Shown one piece after another: positions 48,861 to 59,144 of a stretch of DNA of 64,000 bases (within the stretch, counting starts at the first letter, position 1; each line of letters begins with the position of its first letter). This DNA is from Malacoraja senta. Taxonomy: Eukaryota. The notes below the pieces were generated by a model. The model was not told the origin of the DNA. It made no database searches and saw nothing but the letters and a program-made list of their open reading frames with translations. The stretch is from assembly GCA_038087875.1 (NCBI GenBank), contig CM075987.1, positions 22,942,001 to 23,006,000 of the forward strand, given 5' to 3'. Both the position numbers and the translations under genes were made by a program.

Positions 48861-50689
48861 AATCAAAGTACTGTAGGTGGAGAGGATCCTTCTGAAGATG
48901 GGGTCCCAAGCCGAATCTATCATCTATCCATGTTCTCCTGGGATGCTGCCTAACCCGCTGAGTTACTCCTGCATTCAACATCTTCCATCTTTCCTTGGTA
49001 ATAGAAGATGTTGACTTGGGAATAAAGTTACATCAAACTAAACAGGATCCCCAGGAAGATCAAGAAAGATGCTGGAATCGTGAGTGGGCTACAAAGTGCT
49101 GGAGTAACTCAGCAGGTCAGGCAGTATCCGTGGAGGGAATGGACAGCTGGCTTTTTGGGTTGGTACCCTTCTTCCTCTCGAGATGCTGTCTGACCTCCTG
49201 AGTCACTCCAGATCCCCGTGAATGTCCCAACGCGTTCAGGAACCATTTGTATAGAAATTATAACATGTCAACCCTGCTCAGAATAAAAACAGGGTTTTTT
49301 TTCTCTTTCCCAGTCCCAAGACCATATTTCCATTCATATTCTCTTGATGTTATGATACTTTGTGTTTTCAATTAATAAATGTTGTTATCTGAATTAATCT
49401 GTGAAGAGATAGTAATAAGTTACTGGAATTCCCAGTTGCTGCACAACTCTGGTTAAGATTGTGAGTTACATGGGAATTTCTAATTCACACATATGTTTAA
49501 TTAGTGAATAATTTGAATTGGCATTTTGTGAAATAGTTTGAGAACACATTCAATGATACTTTGTGCCTAGGTACAGCGAAATGCTTTGATTTGCATAATA
49601 CCTGATAAAGATCGTACAACAGACCTCACCTAGGCAGCCACATGTCTGGCGAAGTTACAAAAGTTCACTAAAGGTTGGCTTGCCCTGCATCACCCACCTG
49701 TGTGGCATCATCCGGGGGGTGGCACAGTGACTGCGCAGAACTGATTAGATGTGAATGAGCCAACCTACCGTGGACACACATGGGCAAGTGGCACAGGCAT
49801 GTCTCTCGATGTCTGAAGAAGGGTCTCGACCCGAAATGTCACCCATTCCTTCTCTCCGGAGATGCTGCCATACTCCCGCTGAGATACTCCGGCATTTTGT
49901 GTCTACCTGTCTCTCGAGCATATACATTGTGCAAAGGTTGATGTGGCCAAGAGAGAGACATCTGTTTGTGCCGTCAATGTCCTGACAGAAGCCTAAAAGA
50001 GAAGCCGGCTTTAAAATGATAACATTTGTCAAAATATATGGCTATTCTTCGGTCGGGAGTAACGAAAAGGGATGGAGATTTGGGATTGACACGGTTGAAG
50101 ACAAAAGAGAAGCAATACTACACAATGAACGTCTCGGAGGTAGAAATGTTTAGAAAAAAAACAACAACAAATAGTCATTTATGACTGTGTATTTTGGGAC
50201 CTTATGATTTTCTTTGTTGGCATAGTATTTACAGTATATTTAATTGAGAAACTAAGGAAGTAACCATATGCTCCAGAAATGGCTAATCTCCGAGGAGCAA
50301 CCATTCCATCACTCACCAAGGTTGCAGTGACCAGTACATCCTTGCGATGTGGGAGGAACCCAGGACAACCTGAAGCACTGGGAGAAAATGTCAACTCCAC
50401 ACAAACTGAACCAAGGTGGGGACTTGAATCTGGGTTACTGGAGCCCTGAGGCAGTAGCTCTACAAGGTGTACCTTTATTGCAGCTCGTAGATCAATCTTG
50501 TGATTACATTTACTTGTGATCTTCTTTGGTGCATCTTGTGCCTCAGTGACATGTGTTGTGTCAATAATTGTGAAACTATTGTACTCCTGGGGAAACGTAC
50601 CATGTGTTTCCTCGTGTCTCACCATTTTATGTATTTATTATTGCCAAAGAAGAACTATTTCTTCTGCAAGATCTTGAAGATATGGTGCC

Positions 50690-51530
50690 TGGTGATGGTG
50701 GTGATGAGTCAGAGTATAGAAGAGAGATCGAGCAACTGTCCATATGGTGCCAGCACAACAACTTGGCCCTCAACACCAGCAAAACCAAGGAACTGATTGT
50801 GGACTTTGGAAGGAGTAGGATGGGGACCCACAGTCCCGTTTATATCAATGGGTCGATGGTTGTAAGGGTCAAGAGCTTCAAATTCCTGGGCGTGCACATC
50901 TCTGAAGATCTTTCCTGGTCCGAGAACAATGATGCCATTATTAAGAAAGCACATCAGCGCCTCTACTTCCTGAGAAGATTACGGAGAGTCGGTTTGTCAA
51001 GGAGGACTCTCTCTAACTTCTACAGGTGCACAGTAGAGAGCATGCTGACCGGTTGCATCGTGGCTTGGTTCGGCAACTTGAGTGCCCTGGAGAGGAAAAG
51101 ACTACAAAAAGTAGTAAACACTGCCCAGTCCATCATCGGCTCTGACCTCCCTTCCATCGAGGGGATCTACCACAGTCGCTGCCTCAAAAAGGCTGGCAGC
51201 ATCATCAAGGACCCACACCATCCTGGCCACACACTCATCTCCCTACTACCTTCAGGTAGAAGGTACAGGAGCCTGAAGACTGCAACGACCAGGTTCAGGA
51301 ACAGCTACTTCCCCACAGCCATCAGGCTATTAAACCTGGCTCGGACATAACACTGAACTTTACTAGCCAATACTGTTATTTGCACTTTATCAGTATATTG
51401 ACCATTGTGTATATATTTATAGAATGCCTTGTAGTAAATGCCTGCTATGTTCTGTTGTGCTCAAGCAAAGCAAGAATTTCATTGTCCTACCAGGGACACA
51501 TGACAATAAACTCACTTGACTTGACTTGAG
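50690..51530 (+). mobile_element. Rex1/Babar-like LINE, 5'-truncated, open C-terminal frame
   Basis: WCQHNNLALNTSKTKELIVDF...FKFLGVHISEDLSW...KKAHQRLYFLRRL...FYRCTVESMLTGCI...TTRFRNSYFPTAIRLLN; AATAAA followed by (CTTGA)n tail. Confidence 0.9.
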
Positions 51531-51564
51531 ATCAAGTATTTGACTGAGCTCTGTTCAGCCAAAA

Positions 51565-51780
51565 TGTGTAGGAAGGAACAGGTGCTGGTTTAAACCAAAG
51601 AAAGACACAAAACGCTGGAGTAACTCAGCAGGTCAGGCAGCATCTCTGGAGAGAAGAAATGTGACATTTCGGGTCGAGACCCTTCTAGGTCTGAAGAAGG
51701 GTCTCGACCCGAAACCTCACCTATTCCTTTTCTCCAGAGATGCTGCCTGACCTGCTGAGTTACTCCAGCTTTTTGTGGCA
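51565..51780. mobile_element. Penelope-derived fold-back repeat
   Basis: Inverted arms centred near 51688. Confidence 0.75.
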
Positions 51781-51829
51781 GGACACAAGGAAACACATGG
51801 TACATATAATCTGCAAATCTTAATGTTGT

Positions 51830-52318
51830 CAAGCTGGAAAGGGTACAGAGAAGATTTATGCAGATGTTGCCAGGACTAGAGGGTCTGAGCTGTAGGGAGA
51901 GGTTGAGTAGGTTGGGACTCTATTCCTTGGAGCGCAGGAGGATGAGGGGTGACCTAATAGCAGTGTATAGAATCATGAGAGGAATAGATTGGATAGATGC
52001 ACAGAGTCTCTTGCCCAAAGTAGGTGAATCGAGGACCAGAGGACAAATGTTTAAGGTGAAGGGGAAAAGATTTAGTAGGAATCTGAGGGGTAACGTTTTC
52101 ACACAAAGTGGTGGGTGTATGGAACGAGCTGTCAGAGGAGGTAGTTGAGGGAGGGACTATCCCAAAGTTTAAGAAACAGTTAGGCAGGTACATGGATAGG
52201 ACAGGTTTGGAGGGATATGAGCCAAATGCAGGCAGGTGGGACTAGTGTAGCTGGGACATGTAGATCGGTGTGGGCAAGTTGGGCCGAAGGGCCTGTTTCC
52301 ACACCGTATGACTCTATG
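51830..52318 (+). mobile_element. CR1-clade (HER1-like) LINE 3' fragment sharing its tail with the SINE
   Basis: LPGLEGLSCRERLSRLGLYSLERRRMRGDL; tail GGGCCGAAGGGCCTGTTTCC. Confidence 0.85.
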
Positions 52319-54699
52319 CATTTTGAGTAACAGTGGACTGATATCCACTCACGTCGCCATGGAGAACAACATCCACCAGACGTATCACAACAAGGTCAAG
52401 ACCAGCATGGCTGGGTACAGACTTAAGCTGCTTCTACACGATCCCACCAAGAACCCCCAGGGTCACCTGGACATCGAAATAATAGTAAAGTCAAAGAACA
52501 TTAACATTCTAAAAATAGAATATTGCAGACTGCATTTCTGGAAAGAGGTGTTGTGAAATGTTGTGAGAGTTCAGAAACAGCGGTGACCACAGCAAACTTT
52601 TCTGACATTGCATCAGCCAGATACATTAAGAAAGTTGAAATCAGCAACTAATGTTCTGATGAGCTTGGAAAAGAAAAATCAATGCAAGTAAGCAGATATT
52701 GGGTAGGGTGGGGTTTAGTTCAAGTTTAGAGATGCAGCGCAGAAAAGGCCCTTCGGCCCAACCAGTCCGCGCTGACCAACGATCACTCACTCGTACACGA
52801 GTTCTATTCAACACAATAGGGACAATTTGCAGCAGCCAATTAACCAACAATCCTGCTCGTCTTTGGAGCTTGGGAGGAAACTGAAGCACCCGGAGAAAAC
52901 CCACGCGGTCACAGGGAGAATGTGGTAACTCCGTGCAGTTAGCACCCGGAGTTGGAGTTGGAATTGGCCCTGTGCCTCTGGCATTAATTCTACCACTGCG
53001 CCACTGTGCAGCACAAGTTGCTTTCCCTGGTGTGGAAGAGGCTGAGGAAAGGCTGATAAAATGATGAGCTGGATGGAGAGGGTCGACAGAGGGGCCATCG
53101 GAGAAGGCATTGGCTTCAGGTGAGAGGCAGGAGGTTAAGAAGAGATGTCAGGGAGAATATTTATTTAAACAGAGTGATTGGAATCCAGAACATGTTGCCT
53201 GAAGAGATGGGGGAGCAGGCACTCTGACTAAAATTAAAGCATCTACATGGGCATTTAAATCAAAAAGTCATTAGAACATTCCTGAATTAATAGGCCGGAC
53301 AATGGACCTGGTTCAGCATGGTCGTTAAGGGCTTGAGGACCTGTTTCTGTGCTGTACTGTTCAATGTTAATGCTGGTGAATGGGGACTAGTATAAATGGG
53401 TGCAATGTTCGGCATGCATGGACACAGTGGGCCAAAGGGCCTCTTTCTGTGATATATAACATTAGTACTATTGATGTGGGACTGGAAGAGCAACAAAGAT
53501 GTCCATCACAGTGGTCTTGGGGTTCCAGCGTGGAACCTGTTCATCCAATGGCCAGATGTTCACTCTCCATTTGCAAAAGCCTCACTAAAGACTTCCGAAG
53601 ACAATCAAGTTGCCGATCCAACCTTGGGAACAACAGGCAGCAGAATTCCATGGGTGCAATGGATCCAGCAGTGCTGGACATTAGCTTAGTTTAGTTTTTA
53701 GTTTAGAGATACAGGGTGGTAACAGGCCTTTCGGCCCACCAAGTCTGCACCGACCAGCAATCACCCCGTACATTAACACCACCACATGCACACACACTGG
53801 GGACAATTTACCATTTTACTGAAGCCAATTCACCTACAAACTCTGGAGTCTTTGGATTGTGGGAGCAAACCGGAGCAACCCACATGGTCACAGGGAGAAC
53901 GTATAAACTCCGTACATACTGCACCCATTGTCAGGATTAAACCTGGGTCTCTGGTGCTGCGAGGTAGCAACTCTACCGCTGCGCCACTGTGCCGCCCAGC
54001 ATCAGGACCAGGAATAAACATTTATTATAGCACAAGAGTGCAGTTGCTGTAAGTAAATGCTCTGCCTCTGCTCACTGGCATTACCATCAGAGGGAAGAAT
54101 GATGGATAGAAGTATCATAGTAGCTACTTTTATACATAAAATATAGGCATGCATAAAATCCATGATGTTATTGAGCAAACATACATCTCCAGCTGGTGTG
54201 GCAATGTCCAGTATATGTTCTCTTGGCAGGCAGAGGGCCGAGCTGCTTCCTCAAGACTCTGGAAGCAACTGGGGAGACTTTGGTGAGTCAAGCAACAGCA
54301 CAGAAGTGAAAGGAGGAAGTTTAATTTAGTTTGGAGAGACAGCATGGAATCAGGCCCTTCGCCCCATTGAGTCCACACCGACCATTGATCACCCATCCAC
54401 ACTAGTTCCATGTTATCCCGCTTTCCCATCCACTCACTACACATTGAGGCCGATTACAGAGGCTGGTTCGACCACCAACCCGCACGTCTTCGAGGAAACC
54501 GGAGCACCCGGAGGAAAACCGAGCGGCCACAGGGAGAAGGTGCAAACTCCACACAGGCAGCAACCAAGGTCAGGATTGAACACAGGTCTCCGGTGCAGTG
54601 GGGGCAGCAGCTCTGCCAGCTGCACCACCGTGCTGCCCTTATGTCCTGGGAAATGTTGTAGGGCTCGCATCTCACAGAGAATTAAAGCAACTTCAGTGG

Positions 54700-54810
54700 G
54701 GTTCAGTGTGTGTGGGACCCGTACCCCAGTGAGGGTCAGTGTGTGTGTGTGGGACCCGGACCCCAGTGTGGGTCAGTGTGTGTGGGGGACCCAGACCCCA
54801 GTGTGGGTCA

Positions 54811-54841
<31 letters not shown>

Positions 54842-55410
54842 GGACCCAGACCCCAGTGAGGGTCAGTGTGTGTGGGGGACCCAGACCCCAGTGTGGGTCA
54901 GTGTGTGTGTGTGTGGGACCCAGACCCCAGTGTGGGTCAGTGTGTGTGGGGGACCCAGACCCCAGTGTGGGTCAGTGTATGTGGGGGACCCAGACCCCAG
55001 TGTGGGTCAGTGTGTGTGGGGGACCCAGACCCCAGTGTGGGTCAGTGTGTGTGGGGGACCCAGACCCCAGTGTGGGTCAGTGTGTACTGTGGGGGACCCA
55101 GACCCCAGTGAGGGTCAGTGTGTGTGTGTGTGTGTGTGTGTGGGACCCAGACCCCAGTGAAGGTCAGTGTGTATGTGTGTGTGTGTGTGTGTGTGGGGGG
55201 GGACCCAGACCCCAGTGAGGGTCAGTGTGTGTGTGTGTGTGGGGGGGGGGGACCCAGACCCCAGTGAGGGTCAGTGTGTGTGTGTGTGTGTGTGTGTGGG
55301 ACCGACCCCAGTGAGGGTCAGTGTGTGTGGGGGACCCAGACCCCAGTTTGGGTCAGTGTGTGTGGGGGACCCAGACCCCAGTGAGGGTCAGTGTGTGTGG
55401 GGGACCCCCA
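54700..55410 (+). repeat. Minisatellite GGGACCCAGACCCCAGTG(A/T)GGGTCAGT(GT)n
   Basis: About 18 units with variable (GT)n spacer; same family at 6060-6170 and 63590-63960. Confidence 0.95.
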
Positions 55411-55449
55411 GAAGAGGGAGCCTCAGGTCCTCCATCAGACACTGCCTGT

Positions 55450-55543
55450 CCCATTGGGAGGTTCTCCGCTTCCTGTTTACAGTCCATGTTGCGTTGCCTG
55501 GCGCGTTGCCTGGCGACGGGCCGCTGTTGCAGTTTCTCCCGCC
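55450..55543 (+). promoter_or_regulatory. PIERCE1 proximal promoter: reverse CCAAT, ETS/forkhead site, RFX X-box
   Basis: ATTGG 55453, CTTCCTGTTTAC 55469-55480, GTTGCCTGGCG 55493, GTTGCCTGGCGAC 55505-55517; Kozak gccATGg at 55544. Confidence 0.65.
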
Positions 55544-55698
55544 ATGGATCTGTGCGGGGTGAAGGAGCCCACGGTGAAATACTTGGAGCCGAAGCCGGAG
55601 CCGGAGCCTCCTCCCTCGCCACGGACCAGCCATTATTACCGGGTCAAACCGGGCGTCCCCGACAGATTCGAGCATCCCAACGTGTTCCAGGGTTACAG
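55544..55698 (+). CDS. PIERCE1: PIERCE1 (C9orf116, ciliary microtubule inner protein) exon 1
   Basis: MDLCG...PRTSHYYRVKPGVPDRFEHPNVFQGYR resembles human ERTSDYYRVSADLPGRFNNPGWFRGYR; donor AG|gtagcg, phase 2. Confidence 0.88.
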
Positions 55699-56100
55699 GT
55701 AGCGGGGAAGCAACCGGCCGAGGGGGTTCCCCGTGTGGATGGCTGGGCTACCCGGCTGGTCCATCTGGCGAGGCTTGGGGCGTTATCCAGGGAAAGCGAT
55801 CCAGACCCTGGGATCTAGTCTGGGATCAAACGAACGGGATGCAGTGAGAGAGATCCAGAGTGGTGTTGAAATGGGATTAAAAAGAATGGGATCCACGGTG
55901 CTTGCTTATTCAAGGAAGGAAGTTAATATGTGGAATGGGGCTACATCGATTGTACACAGGGAAAGAAATGTGATACATATGCGATAGAATTAAGGGGAAA
56001 GAAGCATGGAAGTGAATTTTGGGAAATGGGGTGTGGAAATAGGCAACCAGTGTGTATCATCTCAGGGATAGATACTGGGAGTGGGTGATCCAAATAGTAA

Positions 56101-58012
56101 AAGCCCTGTCTCACTGTGCGAGTTGACCCACGAGTGATCCCAGAGTGAAAGACTCGTGGTTGCGTACGAGACTCCCAAGTTTATGATCAAGAGTTTAACC
56201 GAGTTCCCACGGGTATGTCTAAGTTTGCCGTTTACTTCTCATTTCTACGATGTTCCAAGTTCGTCTCCCGAGTGTACCAAGTTCCTCTCCCGTTAATCTT
56301 GAGGCAACAATGTATACCGACGTGTTGAAAAATCATCACATGTTAAAAAAATGATGCCATGCTTTTTTTTTTTTACATACTATAAAAAGCCTGCCTTGTT
56401 TAAATTGGCTCATTTGGAATAAAATGTCTGCAAGGAGGCTATTGGAGTCCAGGATGGTGATGTTTTTTGTTCGAGTGCTGTATGCAGCAGCCCTTTATGT
56501 GATGCAAGGACGCTTGTGTAATGAAGGCAGAAGAGAGAGAGTAAAGAGGAAAATTAAGAAGAGGTCTCAGTGGGTGAAGCCCCTGTTTCAAAGGAGATCT
56601 CTCTTGGACAGTATGAAAAGCTGCTTAATGTGCTGTGCGAAGAGGATAAATCTGCATTTAAAACTTTCATTAGAATTTCACCTGAGCTCTTTAATGAGCT
56701 GAAGAATTACAAGGTGGATGTGAAATCTCACCTACCTCAGTGACAGGCACCCGCAGCCAGTGAATGAAGACACCCCCATCTGTCTCCCCCTCCTCTCCCT
56801 CCACTCTCCACCCTCTCTCCTCCACCCCCCCCCCCCCAATTTGGAAATGTCATCCCATCACCCATTCCTTCTCTCCAGAGATGCTGCCTGCCCGCTGAGT
56901 TAAAGAGTTCCCACTTGCAGCAGCATAACAGGCCAGTAAACACAATACTCATAGATGATGTACTAAACAAAGAAAATATATATTAAAAAATCCAGTATTA
57001 TTGCAAAAATCCCAAAGTCCTTAGTGCAACCAAGGCAGTTTGTAGTTCATAGTTTAGTTAGCATTTGTAGCGTTCAAGAGCCCGATGGTTGTTGGGAAGA
57101 AGCTGTTCTTGAACCTGGAGGTCATGGTTTTCAGATTCTTATACCTTCTGCTCAGCAGGAATGAAATGAGAGCATGGCCAGGGTAGTGTGGGTCCATGAC
57201 AATGCTGGCTGCCTTTTTGAGGCAGCACCTCCTATAGAACCCTTTGCTTCAGTAAAGTTCAGTAAAGAGATCGGGAATCTGGCATCATGGCTTGAGAATA
57301 AAACCCAGCCTTTAACATCCGCATAATGAAAAGAGTTGGTGTTGTCCTACGGAACAGGGGTGCAGGAGAGGTGAACACAACCCTGTCTTCTTCAACAGCA
57401 CTGGTAGAGATGGCTTCTGGACGTGACTGGCAAACCTCAGATTAGGCTGCCATGAAGTGTCATAAAATGTTCTCACGCTGTTCCTCAATACTGGTTTGTC
57501 TTAAGGTTGTGAGCTCAGTCCCAAATACACAAAATCAATATATAAACTTCAAGCAATTTTTTCTTTTCAACCCACTCTGTCACCTTATCAATAACTTGCT
57601 TAACTTTGTTAAGCAGAATTTGTCTTTAAAAAGTCTATGTTGGTGTTCCTTAACTGATCCATACTTATCCAAGTAACTGATATTTCTGTCCCTGATTCTA
57701 AAAAGAGTTCCCACGGTAGACTCACGAGTCACAAAGGTAAACGCCCGGGCCACTACGTTCTTACAACGAGTTTAAATGTTTCAAATTTTAACCTCAAGAG
57801 TACATTTTACTCGTGGAAAAGTTTAAACATGTTTGAACTTTTTCAAGAGTTAACAAGTTTCACGGGTACCTGCCGTTAGCGCCAAGAGTCGCTAAGTTGC
57901 GTCCACGAGTTCCGACGTTCCCGCTACGTTAATTGTACCTGATTACCACGAGTTAAATTTGTTTTAAACTCGGGGTACCTCGTGGGTCAGCTCGCACCGT
58001 GAGACAGGGGTT
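56101..58012 (+). mobile_element. Defective PIF/Harbinger transposon with transposase N-terminal remnant and nested insertions
   Basis: Approximately 34-bp TIRs AAGCCCTGTCTCACTGTGCGAGTTGACCCACGAG / CTCGTGGGTCAGCTCGCACCGTGAGACAGGGGTT; TAA TSD on both sides; RSQWVKPLFQRR then frameshifted GQYEKLLNVLCEEDKSAFKTFIRISPELFNELK. Confidence 0.82.
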
Positions 58013-59144
58013 TAAGTGAGATCAGAGAACATAGAACAGTACAGCACAGACACGGGCCCCTTCATCCCACAATGTTTGTATCAAATATGATGCCCAGTTA
58101 AACTGATCTCACCTGCCTGTTCATGATCCTTATCCCTCTATTCCCTGCACTTCCAAGTTCATAATTTAGTGGGGCAGAATTAGCCATTCGGCCCATCAAG
58201 TCTACTCCGCCATTCAATCATGGCTCATCTATCTTTCCCTCTCAACCCCATTCTCCAGCTTTCTCCCCAAAACCCCTGACACCCGTAGCAATCAAGAACC
58301 TATCAATCTCCACCTTAAATGTATCCACTGCCTTGGCCTCCGCAGCCTTCAATGGCAATGAATTTCATGTGCCCGTCTAAAAGCCCCTTAAACACCACTA
58401 TCGTATTTGCATGCACCACCATGCATTCCACCCCTCCACTAGCTTCAGTGCAAAAAAAAAACTTGCCTCACACATCTCCATTAAACTTTCCTTCCCCCTT
58501 CTCACCTTATAGCTGTGGCCTCTGGAGTTGGACGTTCTCACCTTGGAAAACAAGGTTCTGACCGTCAGATCCCTGGGAAGGGGATCCAAGGAATTTGGTT
58601 CAGGGGAAGGAATCTCAAGAATATGTCAACAAAAATGACAACATAAAATGCTGGAAAACACTGTGCAGGTCAGACAACATCTGTGGAAAGAGAAAAGAAG
58701 GGCCGTTGCATCTCCCGCAGTTGCATTGGAAAGTCCATTAAAAAGGGAAGTCGTTGGTGGGGATGGAAGGGCAGACCAGGGAGTCTCGAGGAGAGGTGAT
58801 TGAATCTTAATGGCGGTGCTAGAAATGGCAAACCCAGAGGCTGGTAAGATGCAAAAGTAACATCCAGCAAATATGGATCAGGCTCCACTCTGGAGGTAAA
58901 GGGGTGAGAGACTTGGTGCTGTGGTCAAGTCCTGATGAAGGGTCTCTGAACATGGAACAGCACAGCACAGGAACAGGCCCATCGGCCCACAATGTCTCTG
59001 ACTTGAAACGTTACCTGTTTCTCTTTACGCATATGCCGGATGACCTGCTGAGTGGTTCCAACACTTTCTGTTTTTACTTCAGATTTCCAGTATCTGCAGT
59101 ATTTTTTATTTTATTTTATTTTTTGCAGACAAGTTGTTTACAAC

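Noticed and set aside
50505..50625. Minus-strand MVRHEETHGTFPQEYNSF... as an alternative SLC2A6 first exon
   Set aside because: EYNSF resembles DYDTF, but nearby GT donors are phase 1 or 0 and exon 2 needs phase 2; 46273-46358 fits better.
50604..51350. 248-aa ORF as a host gene (ALKBH8-N/DUF1891-like)
   Set aside because: It is the C-terminal part of a Rex/Babar LINE ORF2 followed by a LINE tail.
55353..55490. Divergent ORF MDCKQEAENL... as MRPS2 or SLC2A6 exon 1
   Set aside because: No recognisable homology and no good splice donor; it runs into the minisatellite.
59095..59144. Strong pyrimidine tract plus CAG as a PIERCE1 exon acceptor
   Set aside because: The tract is the tail of a Penelope-type repeat and runs into a hAT TIR; the true exon 2 is at 63404.
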